DNA of 47,516 nt from Malacoraja senta (GCA_038087875.1 JAXLNO010000423.1:124001-171516); one strand, 5' to 3'. Shown: positions 35,287 to 47,261, counted from the stretch's first letter. The notes: a model not told the origin generated them from the sequence alone. Program-made: numbers and translations.

Positions 35287-37264
35287 CTATTGATCTTCAG
35301 AGCTTATTTGAGGTTGCAGTGTTTAATAGCCTGATGGCTGTAGGGAAGAAGCTGTTCCTGAACCTGGACGTTACAGTTTTCAGGCTTCTGTACCTTCATC
35401 CCGATGGCAGGGGTGAAATGAGTGTGTGGCTATGATGGTTTGGGTCTCTGATGATGCTGGCTGCCTTTTTGAGGCAACGACTCCGATAACAAGGAGAACG
35501 TGCAAAGTCCACACAGACAGCACCCTAGGTCAGGATTGAACCTAGGTCTCTGGCCTTGTGAGGCAGTAGTTCTACCAGCTGTACCACTGTGTCACCTTAG
35601 AATAGCGATAAAAAGGACAGAGGTGCTGCAACCAGAGATCTCTAGATGATATAATGCATTGAACAGATCACATTGTTGAAAGGCGAAGTAATGTGCAGTA
35701 TGCCTTCTGGGATCCAGTATTTCCAAGAAAGCTCATAGCATACCAATCTCTGTGACTTCTCAGCCTATATTACCACATAATGAGTACCATATACCCCATA
35801 TGCAGAGATTTTTCAGCTCCCCAGAAGCATCAAAGAATTTTACCCCTAATGCCTGCCTGCTGAATCGATGAAAGCCAAGCATTCTTCAATAATTCCTACC
35901 CTGACTTCCTAATAATTCCCTACACAGGGGAACCGCATGCAATATTAATATGCTAGCTCAATTACTTCCATTTTCCAGGATTTAACAACCTAATATTACA
36001 CTTAATGAAAGAGTCATGCAATATTGAACATTAACTGCTGTTAATTTCCTGCAGTATAAAATTTGCATTTTTTTTTGTTACTGCTGGGCCATAATTATCT
36101 TCCCGTAATTGTTATACTGGCTGCCTGCTTGGTCTTTGGAAAATAGACTGATCACAATCCTGCGTGATCATTTGTTTGCCAAGTTTAATACTTGCAGAGA
36201 TAACCATTTATGACAAATCTGTATCTTGGAAGTATTTTGAATAAAATGAAATTTCTGCTTTGCTGAATTGTTAAGAATAATGCTTTGAACTGAAGTGAAT
36301 ATTTTGACTTTAATTCTATGTGTAAATTACCGCCTGTCTGGAACTGCTTTGTATTCATTACAGCTGGTGGGGAATGATTAATATTCTGTAATTATCAGCT
36401 ACTAACAATGAATTATGCTGAAAAATTGCATCAGTTTATAGCCATCCCCAAGTAGAAATTTTGGAAATACACTATTACTTGGAATCTAGTCTGAACCAAG
36501 TAAATACCATCCATATCTGGAGTGAACGAGCAATATAGAAAATGATGGTACAAATTGCTCTTTTGGGCCCAAAACTTCTGTAAATAAAACAAAAACTGCT
36601 GGAAATATGGATAAAAATCAGACATTATTGGAAGTGTTCAGAAGTCTATGATGGAAGCGAGAAGTGCAAAGTGCAAGGTCGATGAGCTGGAATGGTGGGA
36701 ATTCCAAAAACCAAAAACACACCAAGTTTTAGACTAATATATCCAGCTCCTAGGAGATATCAATGGGGACACTGGGCCTTTGTGAAGCCTGCTCTGGTAA
36801 AACACACAATGAGCACAGTGAATTAACTCTATACCATTCCACTCTTTCGCTGGCTGGAACCAAAAGGTGGAGAAAGAAGTATTCAGCCAGCAACCAAAAG
36901 GTGGAATGGGTATGTTCCAGAATCCCAAGACATCTCTGACCTGTAACATACTCATGGAAACTCAGGCAATGTGGGAGGGCAGGCTTCAGATGAGTTGGTC
37001 TCAAAGGGTTGAAGACAATTGAAGACAATCCCAGAAAATGATCCGAGAATTTTCTGTTTGTTAGCCAAACAGATCCCTAGGGCTAGCTGGAGACAAGCAG
37101 TCCAAGAGCTCGTCGTTGGGGGCCAACTACCTCTAACCTTCTCCACCCTTCTCTAGAAATGTTAATTTCTGCCAGGAGTTTGGAACATAATTAGATAAAT
37201 TTAGGGTTTGAAAGTTATGCTCCAAGTGGAGAGCCACATTTCTGAATAAATACAAAGCAACAGT

Positions 37265-37628
37265 GTTGAGGAACAGCATCTCATATTTCACTTGGGCAGC
37301 TTACAAACCAGCACATGCATTCCTTCCCATTCCAACCTCCCCCCTCCCCTCCCTTGTCCTCCCCCTCCCTAGTCGTCCTACTGGTTCCACTGTTCGCATC
37401 CTTGTATCCCTGTCGTTAGCACAGCCAATAATGGCCATAACCTTCCTGAGGTCATCATTTGCCGGCCCTGTTTTGTTCTGGCCTTCTCTATCTTTCCGTC
37501 TGAAGGAGGGTTCCGACCCAAAACATCACCCCTTCCTCTGCTCCAGAGATGCTGCCTGCACCTCTGAGTTACTCCTCCAGCATTTTGTGCCTATCTTCGA
37601 TATAAACCAGCATCTGCAGTTCCTTCCT
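37265..37628 (+). mobile_element. PLE 3' fragment plus pLTR with degenerate hammerhead motif
   Basis: GAGGAACAGCATCTCATATTTCACTTGGGCAG (end of GIY-YIG), then CTGAAGGAGGGTTCCGACCCAAAACATCACC. Confidence 0.75.
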
Positions 37629-38619
37629 AATGCCATGGTGTTGAGGAGTGGTTTCCAACCTGGCACCCAGCTTGAGGTGCACCCACATTGCAGACAGGCA
37701 CAGCCAGCGAAGGCGTGTGCCTGGAGCATACATTCACAAACTGTTCCAGCAAGTCCAGCGGCTGACATGTTATGTTCTCTGACACACAGCTATAACCGCT
37801 GTTGCACATCTGACGCACTCAGTATGTAACCGTTGATCATCTACTGTGTTAATCTCTCAATCTAATTTTTTAATCATTGGCAAACTGAACAGCCTAATCC
37901 TCCAGATATGGAGAAAGTCAGAGTGCCCTGATATATATGTGACAAATGAATGTGAATAACTGCAAAATCCAGCCCCTCTGGGTGGGTATATTTAGGCACT
38001 ACAGGCCTCACATAATGCGGTGAAAATGCAGGAAACTCCATTTCACGACAAGAGGAATGATAAGCGGGGGCAAGTTGTCTGGCCCTTCAGCACACGCTGA
38101 GATATCACAAGATAATTCTATGCCTCAAATTCATTCTCACATGATCCATGTCCCCTCTAATTCCTTCTGCCCATAAACATACATGGACCTCAGCTGGAAA
38201 AGCAACCAAGAACCGAAATAGAACTGCTTCTGGAGTAGACATAGACAACCCAGCATCCCGCTCATTATTACAACTAAGAGCTTGTGTTTCTGGTCATACT
38301 TCTCTGCCTCGTTAACGTTAAAACACCATCATAAACGACTCTTACAAGTGCTGACAATTTGTCATTTCATCTGCAATGTGATATGATCCAACAGATTGGG
38401 ATATTATTACTTTTTAATCATTTTCTGTTATCCCACAAGAAATGTTGAAATCAGCAGAGCAGCTATCAATCTCGTCTCTTCTCCTTCGAGGTGGAAGGTC
38501 ATGGTTTAATTTTCCCTCCTGTAGCCTGTGAATATAATTTAGGCCGAAGCTCTTGAGGGAACATCATAGGAGTGCTTCACTGTTGCACTGGTCGTCTTTA
38601 CGAAGGGGTGTTATTTTCA

Positions 38620-38955
38620 GTGTCTTGGTATCTCCGTCAAGGCCACCAATTTATTGCCCGTTCCCGATTTCCCCAGCGTCTTTGGTGGCGAGCTGCCTTC
38701 TTGAACTTCCGCAGTCCTTCTGGTAAAGTCATCTCCACAATGCAGATGGCCATGGAGTTCGAGGATTTAGACCCAGTGATGATGAAGTTCTGTCGATGTA
38801 TTTCCAGTTTGGATGGTGCACGACTTGGAAGGGGACCCACAGGTCATGGTTCCCATACGCCCAATGGCCTTTCCTCATTGGTGGCAGAAATCAAGGGTTT
38901 GGGAGCTGCTGCTAGCATAGCCTTCTTGAGTAACTGCTGTGCACTTTTGTATGAG
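38620..38955 (-). mobile_element. Old LINE 3' end, same family as 17715-18180
   Basis: ATTTATTGCCC...TGGTGGCGAGCTGCCTTCTTGAAC is similar to the reverse complement of 18080-18160. Confidence 0.5.
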
Positions 38956-39918
38956 GACGTAAAAGGCTCTGAGACTACTTTGATGAGGACCAGATGACAG
39001 TCCCCTCTGTCCTGGTAAAAAATCACCTCTCATTCAATATCACTGAAGCATTTTATCCAGTCGTTTTCACTGTGCAGTGTTCAAATCAGTCCCATGCCCT
39101 TCACAAATTAAGTGGTGACTTTGGGCCTCATTGCAATTCGAGAAATTCTGGGGTTATGCAGAGTGCCTCTGAAACTTAAGTCATTATTTATTTCATTGCT
39201 GAGAGCCAACAGACAGAGAAAGCTGGAAGGAAATAAACAAATGCAGCACTGTTGTTCCCACCACCTCCACTCTGCTGGACAGTACATGCAGTATGCTGCT
39301 TCTGTGTGAAGCACTGATACTGTTTTATAATCATCATTGCAACATAAATTACCTCAGTTCACAATAAAAATCCAATAGATTGTCAAGGTGCCACAACAGT
39401 CGAGTTTTGTTTCTTGTATCGAGCGTGAAATTTACAACCAGAAAGCATCTGTGCAATCCAAAGCCTTCTGTCAGAACCAGAGCTCTTTTTATGTTCCTTG
39501 TTGCTGAATGTCCAGCTTTGCGGATCGTGATACACTTTCAACACATACCCGTTGCACTGTAGGCAGCGCACCAAGTCATTTTGCCCTCTCTATGATTTCA
39601 GAGTCCAGTCTGTATTAACCGACCCATTGAATAGCTGAAACTACCAGCAGGGGAGTAATATCATGCATGATTATCTTCATTTAGAGTGATCCCATGCCAG
39701 CTGTAACCAGCCTGCTCCACTTGTGTCTGCTCCAGGAGATCACAGGTGTTCTGCAAGTGAAATTGACCTTGGAAATGTTCAATAACGTGGGCCTTTGAAG
39801 TTTCCAATTCTGCAGAGGAGGTCTTAGTGCAGGAAATGGAAAGAAGATATATTCTCTCTTTGACCTCCGCCACAGATATTGACATGCCTTAATACCCAGA
39901 AACGCAAACAACACACTT

Positions 39919-40004
39919 CAAGGGTCTCGACCCAAAACGTCACCCATTACTTCTCTCCTGAGATGCTGCCTGTCCCGCTGAGTTACTCCAGCTTTTTGTG
40001 TCTA
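39919..40004 (+). mobile_element. PLE pLTR fragment
   Basis: AAGGGTCTCGACCCAAAACGTCACCC...GCTGAGTTACTCCAGC. Confidence 0.75.
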
Positions 40005-40419
40005 TTTAAACTTCAAAGCTCAATGACTTCTCATGTGTGTTCTAAGTCAATCAATGCATCTTTAAGTATTAAACTCCACTGAACGCACCTATAGCTTTTG
40101 GCAGGACCTAAGTGATAACACCTCCATCAATACCATTCGGGACACACACCCAACCATTGAACAATTAAAACTGCATACAAACACACACACATACAACCTC
40201 ACAGTTATTTAATCCATTGAAGTCAATGTATCCTGACATATTGTATGACAGACACTAATCTACCATTCTCTCTTGCGCTATGAGGTGCAATCTGAGGAGC
40301 AGCCAAAGATGAGGAAAGCTGTCAGGGAAAGGCAGAGCTGGAAACCATTATCCACTGCACTCAGTGGAGTGGAGGAGGGGGCATTGTCTGGCAGGCAATG
40401 AGAAGCTCCATAGAGGAAC

Positions 40420-40655
40420 AAAACACAAAATGCTGGAGGAACTCAGTGGGTCAGGCAGCATCTGTGAAAGAAACGGACTGGTGAGGTTTTGGATTGGGAC
40501 TATTCTTCAGACTGATCTTCAGACAATCAGTTTGAAGAAGAGTCCCGAGCTGAACCATCACCTATGCATTTCCTCCACATATGCTGCGTGACCCGTTGAG
40601 TTCCTCCAGCACTTTGTGCTTTGCTCAAGATTCTAGCATCTGCAGTTCCTTGTTT
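40420..40655. mobile_element. Inverted pair of PLE pLTR fragments (degenerate)
   Basis: ACAAAATGCTGGAGGAACTCA...TTCTTCAGACTGAT is mirrored by ATCAGTTTGAAGAA...TGAGTTCCTCCAGCACTTTGT. Confidence 0.7.
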
Positions 40656-40718
40656 ATCCACTTTTCATCAGGAGCCTGCTAAATCATTCCAAACAAAGCA
40701 GTCCGCACCACAACCCTT

Positions 40719-41040
40719 TAAGAAGGGTCACGACCCAAAACATCACTCATTCCTTCTCCCCAGAGATGCTGCCTGTCCCACTGAGTTACTCCAGCTTTTT
40801 GTGTCTATCCTTTAATAACAATATTGTTATTATTGAGTAAGGGTTAACATATTATTTAAGGCAATTTTGAAATAACCAAGAATCTTGATGAGGGCAGGGC
40901 TGTGGATGTTATCTATATAGACCTTCGCAAGCCCTTTGATAAGGTTCCATATGGTAGACTGCGCTGGAGTAACTCAGCGGGACAGGCAGCATCTCTGGAG
41001 AGAAGGAATGGGTGACGTTTCGGGTCGAGACCCTTGTTCA
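40719..41040. mobile_element. Two further pLTR fragments (40719-40809 plus, 40963-41040 minus) around a small CR1 RT remnant
   Basis: AAGAAGGGTCACGACCCAAAACATCAC; GGTGACGTTTCGGGTCGAGACCC; GTGGATGTTATCTATATAGACC. Confidence 0.65.
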
Positions 41041-41283
41041 ATCTTGAAGGCTCAGCACAGGACGATGGTCACTGCCTGATAACCATGAGGTAATCACTCA
41101 GTGTCAGCCAACCTTTCCCTGCAAAGATTAGAAATAGAGGCAGGAGCAGTATGTCCTCTCACCCGCTTCAGTATTCAAGAAGATCATGTCTGATCTTTAA
41201 CTTGAATTGTTCTTACAAGTGATGTTACTATAAATTTCAGGCATATTCACAGTGAAATGACAGGAAACTGTTCCCAGACATAT

Positions 41284-41646
41284 TGAGAGTAGGGAAGATT
41301 CAAACAAGGGGACATGACTTGAGAATTAAGGGACAGAAGTTTAGGGGGCACATTAGGGGGAACTTCTTTACTCAGAGAGTGGTAGCTGTGTGGAATGAGC
41401 TTCCAGTGGAAGTGGTGGAGGCAGGTTCGATGTTATACTTTAAAAATAGATTGGATGGGTATATGGACGGGAAAGGAATGGAGGGTTATGGTCTGAGTGC
41501 AGGTAGATGGGACTAGGGGGAAGTATTTTATTTTTAATTTAATTTTTTTTTTTTTTTTTTAATGTTCGGCACGGACTTGAAGGGCCGAGATGGCCTGTTT
41601 CCGTGCTGTTATGGTTATATGGTTATATGGTTATATATGGTTATAT
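41284..41646 (+). mobile_element. Young CR1 3' end with 7-bp TSD
   Basis: Near-identical to 14771-15120; (TTATATGG)n tail; TSD GACATAT at 41277-41283 and 41647-41653. Confidence 0.92.
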
Positions 41647-41889
41647 GACATATCTCAGTTATGTTGATGTTGCTCCTTGGTACACTGACTACAAGAGGTG
41701 CAAGATTATTGCAGTGGCTGCCAAATATCAGTGTAAAATATATTCCTGCACTAACCTTGTGTTCCCTAATTAATTTAAATCCAAAAAGACATCAACTTCA
41801 ATCTTGAATGTGCGGATGTTTTATTGAGAGATGTTTAATGGAATGAAAACTGTTTTAAATTCTGTTTCATGGATGCACTGTAACTGAAT

Positions 41890-42190
41890 AATAGACAATA
41901 GAACAATAGACAATAGGTGCAGGAGTAGGCCATTCGGCCCTTCGAGCCAGCACCGCCATTCACTGTGATCATGGCTGATCATCCACAATCAGAACCCCAT
42001 TCCCGCCTTCTCCCCATATCCCCGGACTCTGCTATCTTTAAGAGCCCTATCAAGCTCTCTCTTGAAAGCATCCAGCGAATTAGCCTCCATGCCTTCTGAG
42101 GCAGAGAATTCCAAAGATTCACAACTCTCTGGGTGAAAACATTTTTCCTCATCTCCGTTCTAAATGGCCTACCCCTTATTCTTAAACTGT
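41890..42190 (-). mobile_element. CR1 (HER1-like) 3' end
   Basis: (AATAGAC)n tail; homologous to the reverse complement of 43600-43875. Confidence 0.85.
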
Positions 42191-43129
42191 GAGATATGTT
42201 TTATCATTTAAAGAAGAACAATTCAAGATAAGTTATGAGATCTAGTGAAGGAAGACACAAAATGCTGGAGATCTAGTGATATCCGCAGATAAATGTTTAA
42301 GATCTTTGGATGAGATATTTTTGTTACTATTCTGCATTAATGGTCTCCATTGAAAGGAAACCACAGCGTCCTCTTGTGTGCATGTATTTGAAGATGCATT
42401 ATCCTTTTGGGGAAGGGATTTCCTAACACAATGGGTAATGCCTCCGTTTTGAGACTCTGACCGCTGGTTCTAGACAGTCGAACGCAGGAGAAACACTGCC
42501 CTAACATCTATTCCAAATGAGGATTTAAGCCTTAAGACCTTTGGAGAGAGCTTAAGAAATGAAAGCCATGGATAAAGTTTCCGGTAGGATTTAAGCTATG
42601 GGGTTGAGGTCGGATTGTTGGCCTTCGTGAGGGAAATAATAGAGGACTGGTAGCTCAGCTCAGGGGCTGCAACTGCAACAGGGTTTCAGAGATCCAGCTT
42701 GTTGCTGGGAGTTAGATTGCCTTCAACACAATGTTCCCACCTCATGTTACTATAAATTCCAGGCATATTCATAGAAAAATGTCAGGGAACTGCTCTCCGA
42801 CATCTTTTAGTTATGTTGATGTTGCTCATTGGTACACAGAATACAAGAGGTCAAAAATCATTGACTGTGGCTGCTTATTATCTGGGCAAAATTTGCCATC
42901 CATTAGGCTATTTTAATGGAGGCATTAATCCAAGAGAGGGTACCAACTCGGGTAAAATAGTAACCAAGATAAATACTCCAAACCTTTTGGAGTATATGTT
43001 TATTTGCTTGTATCAATGACTGGTTTAGAATTATTCCTCTATAAATTAAAAAAAACATGTCCCAGATTATCCACTTACATACTGTACACAATAAATTTGA
43101 AACACTCAAAAATGTTGAATAACTACTTT

Positions 43130-43893
43130 GGTTCCTAAATGGTGGCCGACTAGGAAAAGGGGAGATGCAGCGAGACCTGGGTGTCATGGTACACCAGTCA
43201 TTGAAAGTAGGCATGCAGGTGCAGCAGGCAGTGAAGAAAGCGAATGGTATGTTAGCTTTCATAGCAAAAGGATTTGAGTATAGGAGCAGGGAGGTTCTAC
43301 TGCAGTTGTACAGGGTCTTGGTGAGACCACACCTGGAGTATTGCGTACAGTTTTGGTCTCCAAATCTGAGGAAGGACATTATTGCCATAGAGGGAGTGCA
43401 GAGAAGGTTCACCAGACTGATTCCTGGGATGTCAGGACTGTCTTATGAAGAAAGACTGGATAGACTTGGTTTATACTCTCTAGAATTTAGGAGATTGAGA
43501 GGGGATCTTATAGAAACTTACAAAATTCTTAAGGGGTTGGACAGGCTAGATGCAGGAAGATTGCTCCCGATGTTGGGGGAAGTCCAGGACAAGGGGTCAC
43601 AGCTTAAGGATAAGGGGGAAATCCTTTAAAACCGAGATGAGAAGAACTTTTTTCACACAGAGAGTGGTGAATCTCTGGAACTCTCTGCCACAGAGGGTAG
43701 TCGAGGCCAGTTCATTGGTTATATTTAAGAGGGAGCTAGATGTGGCCCTTGTGGCTAAAGGGATCAGAGGGTATGGAGAGAAGGCAGGTACGGGATACTG
43801 AGTTGGATGATCAGCCATGATCATATTGAATGGCGGTGCAGGCTCGAAGGGCCGAATGGCCTACTCCTGCACCTAATTTCTATGTTTCTATGT
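43130..43893 (+). mobile_element. CR1 (HER1-like) 3' end
   Basis: QRDLGV...LYRVLVRPHLEYCVQFWSP...RRLRGDLIETYK; (TTCTATGT)n tail. Confidence 0.92.
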
Positions 43894-44029
43894 TAAGATC
43901 TAAGTGCAGTCATATATCTTTCATTGTATCACCGAATCCCAGCATGGCTATATTGGGTAAAGAGGCTGGTCAATTCTTTGACAGGTTGCTCTCCAACCAG
44001 AGCAATCCCGTAGCAATTCTTTATTTCGT

Positions 44030-44257
44030 TTAATTTATAGATACAGCGCGGAAACAGGCCTTCGGCCCACCAAATCCGTGCCGATAAGCGATCCCCATAC
44101 ATTAACACCATCCTACACACATTAGAGACAATTTAAACATACCAGGGCAATTAACCTACAAACCTGTACGTCTTTGAAATGTGGGTGGAAACCGAAGATC
44201 TCGGAGAAAACCCACACAGGTCATGGGGAGAACAAACTCCGTACGGACAGCACCCGT
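44030..44257 (-). mobile_element. HE1-type V-SINE lacking its tRNA head
   Basis: GATACAGCGCGGAAACAGGCCTTCGGCCCA...AATTAACCTACAAACC...GGAAACCGAAG; homologous to 23766-23990. Confidence 0.8.
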
Positions 44258-44259
44258 AT

Positions 44260-45126
44260 TCCAATTCCTCTGTCTACGCCGCATCTGCTCCCAGGATGAG
44301 GTGTTCCACACCAGGGCATCGGAAATGTCCTCATTCTTCAGGGAACGGGGGTTCCCCTCCCCTACTATAGATGAGGCTCGCACAAGGGTCTCTTCCATAC
44401 CCCGTAACACTGCTCTCTCTCCCCATCCCCCACTCGCAACAAGGGCAGAGTCCCCCTAGTCCTCACCTTTCACCCCACTAGCCGTCACATACAACAAATA
44501 GTCCTCCGTCAGTTTCACCATCTCCAACGTGACCCCACCACTCGCCACATCTTCCCATCTCCCCCCTGTCTGCTTTCCGCAAAGACCGCTCCCTCCGTAA
44601 CTCCCTTGTCAATTCTTCCCTTCCATTCCGCACCACCCCCTCCCCGGGCACTTTCCCTTGCAAGAGATGCTACACTTGTCGCTTTACCTCCCCCCCTCGA
44701 CTCCATTCAAGGACCCAAGCAGTCGTTCCAGGTGTGACAGAGGTTCACCTGCATCTCCTCCAACCTCATCTATTGCATCCGCTGCTCTAGATGTCAGCTG
44801 ATCTACATCGGTGAGACCAAGCGTAGGCTTGGCGATCGCTTCGCCGAACACTTCCGCTCGGTCCGCATTAACCAACCTGATCTCCCAGTGGCTCAGCACT
44901 TCAACTCCCCCTCCCATTCCGTATCTGACCTCTCTGTCCTGGGCCTCCTCCATGGCCAGAGTGAGCACCACCGTAAATTGGAGGAACAGCACCTCATATT
45001 CCGCTTGGGCAGTCTGCATCCCGGTGGCCTGAACATTGAATTCTCCCAATTCCGTTAGCCCTTGCTGTCTCCCTCCCCTTCCTAGCTCTCCCCTCAGTCC
45101 TCGGGCTCCTCCTCCTCCTTTTTCCT
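44260..45126 (+). mobile_element. Penelope-like element 3' part (RT thumb, linker, GIY-YIG)
   Basis: QFLCLRRICS...FFRERGFP; the GIY-YIG region is near-identical to 108-434. Confidence 0.9.
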
Positions 45127-46293
45127 TGTGTTTTAATTGAATTATTTATGAAAATTATTGCCTGTTGGAGATATTTAGAGACCTCAAAGATTCAGATGAT
45201 AGTTCCCAGTGGTAAATTGATTAATTAATTGAGGATGCTTGAGTTACATGGGTAAGGTTGAACATCAAACAACACTTTAAATTAAGATTCCACAATGCAC
45301 GAAAGGTGCTGGCAACTGTCAGGGATTCACAACACTGAAATCAATGAGTTCCAACTGGCTCTTCTTGTTACATATCTAGGTCAAGAAGTAGTTTAAGGTG
45401 GAATAAAGATGTCTAAAAGAGCTTGATATTGTTCATCAGCTGAATTGTTTTTTTGTGACAGCATTTCATGTCTTGAATTGTAGTGTCAACTGAAGCAGAA
45501 AGTATTTGCTTGTACATAAGTGTTCTTGCGGTGCTGGGGAAGATTGCTTGCAATGAAACAAGATTAATAAGCTTATTTTGCTGCTATTTGATGAGATTTA
45601 TCTCCATGATTTAGTATAGGTTCTGATGGCAACTGACAGTTAAATACACCAGATGAGAATTGTGCGACATAAGTCAAGATATAAATGTTTACACTTCATG
45701 AAAAGGAAGTGCAGCAGCAAAGAAAAAGCAGTAGCTGCTGGATTGGGCATTGCTCACTGCGCCATCTGAAAGGTGAGACTACATTATTGTTGGTCCTCTG
45801 ACAAAGGGCCAGGGCTGAGAATGTAAGAACAGTGAGGAAGCAGGAGAGGTCAGATGATTGGAAGCATGCGTTTCCTAGGGCAAAGAAAGAAGGCGGATCT
45901 TTATACATAGAAAGGAAAACATTACTTTGAGTTGAATACATTCTCGATTTCAACAGAGTGAAAGTGGAGATGCAAGAAAGAGTTTGAGGTATGTTGCAAA
46001 TGTCAACAGCAGGATAGTTCAGAGGAACAATGACTATAGAACTAGGAACCTGATGGCATTTACCATATTAAGAGAGCAGCAGACAGAGGCATGGAAAAAG
46101 CTCACTATCTCAAACTTCCAATTGACCATTGTCCAAATTAAAATCAAAAATCTGTAAATGCTGGCAGTCCGAAGTAAAAATTAAAAATGCTTTAAATACT
46201 CAGCATCTGAGGAAAGACAGACCAGAAATTAAACACTTAATGAAATGCTGTCACCTGGCATTCCTCACATGACTAAGGAAATGGACATGTATA

Positions 46294-47261
46294 CAGTGGC
46301 TTGCAAAAGTATTCATACCCCTTGAACTTTTCCACATTTTGTCACGTTACAACCACAAACATAAATGTATTTTATTGGGATTTTATGTGATAGACCAACA
46401 CAAAGTGGCGCATAATTGTGAAGTGGAAGGAAAATGATACATGTTTTTCAAAATTTTTTTACAAATAAAAAACTGAAAAGTGTCGCGTGCAAAAGTATTC
46501 AGCCCCTTTACTCTGGTAGCCCTAAATAAAATCCAGTGCAACCAATTGCCTTCAGAAGTCACCTAATTAGTAAATAGAGTCCACTTGTGTGTAATCGAAT
46601 CTCAGTATAAATACAGCTGTTCTGTGAAGGCCTCTGAGGTTTGTTAGAGAACATTAGTGAACAAACAGCATCATGAAGCCCAAGGAACACACCAGACAGG
46701 TCAGGGATAAAGTTGTGGAGAAGTTTAAAGCAGGGTTAGGTTATAAACAAATATCCCAAGCTTTGAACATCCCACGGAGCACTGTTCAATCCATCATCCG
46801 AAAATGAAAAGAGTATGGCACAACTGCAAACCTACCAAGACATGGCCGTCCACCTAAACTGACAGGCCGGGCAAGGAGAGCATTGATCAGAGAAGCAGCC
46901 AAGAGGCCCATGGTAACTCTGGAGGAGCTGCAGAGATCCACAGCTCAGGTGGGAGAATCTATCCACAGACAACTATTAGTCGTGCACTCCACAAATCGGG
47001 CCTTTATGGAAGAGTGGCAAGAAGAAAGCCATTGTTGAAAAAAAGCCATAAGAAGTCCCGTTTGCAGTTTGCCACAAGCCATGTGGGGGACACAGCAAAC
47101 ATGTGGAGGAAGGTGCTCTGGTCAGATGAGACCAAAATTGAAGTTTTTGGCCTAAATGCAAAAGGCTATGTGCAAACAATGTATCATTTTCCTTCCACTT
47201 CACAATTATGCGCCACTTTGTGTTAAAGTTCAAGGGGTATGAATACTTTTGCAAGCCACTG
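46294..47261 (+). mobile_element. Internally deleted Tc1 transposon (IR/DR type) with TA TSD
   Basis: TA|CAGTGGCTTGCAAAAGTATTCATACCCCTTGAACTTT...AAAGTTCAAGGGGTATGAATACTTTTGCAAGCCACTG|TA. Inner DR CAAAAGTATTCAGCCCC at ~46490. Confidence 0.95.
46673..47172 (+). pseudogene. Tc1 transposase N-terminal half (premature stop; rest of the DDE domain deleted)
   Basis: MKPKEHTRQVRDKVVEKFKAGLGYKQIS...IIRK*KEYG...GRPPKL...ARRKPLLKK...VLWSDETKIE. Confidence 0.9.

Larger units (their letters stand above)
23991..35488 (-). mobile_element. Rex1/Babar-type LINE 3' fragment split by Helitron copy 2
   Basis: Plus strand AGCCTGATGGCTGTAGGGAAGAAGCTGTTCCTGAACCTGG corresponds to the RT C-terminus (SFFPTAIRLLN on minus). 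Minus 3' end is GCTGCAGCAAGTAAGAATTTC...TGACAGTAAAACA(CTCTTGA)n. Confidence 0.75.
23766..35596 (-). mobile_element. HE1-type tRNA-derived V-SINE split into 23766-23990 and ~35489-35596 by 11.5 kb of nested insertions
   Basis: The minus-strand head has A box TGGTACAGCTGG and B box GGTTCAATCC. The V-domain GGGAGGAAACCGGAGCACCC...GGTCA|CAAGGAGAACGTGCAAA joins across the gap. CR1-like tail present. Confidence 0.85.

Noticed and set aside
35520..35596. tRNA gene
   Set aside because: The A and B boxes belong to the tRNA-derived head of an HE1-type SINE; no intact cloverleaf.
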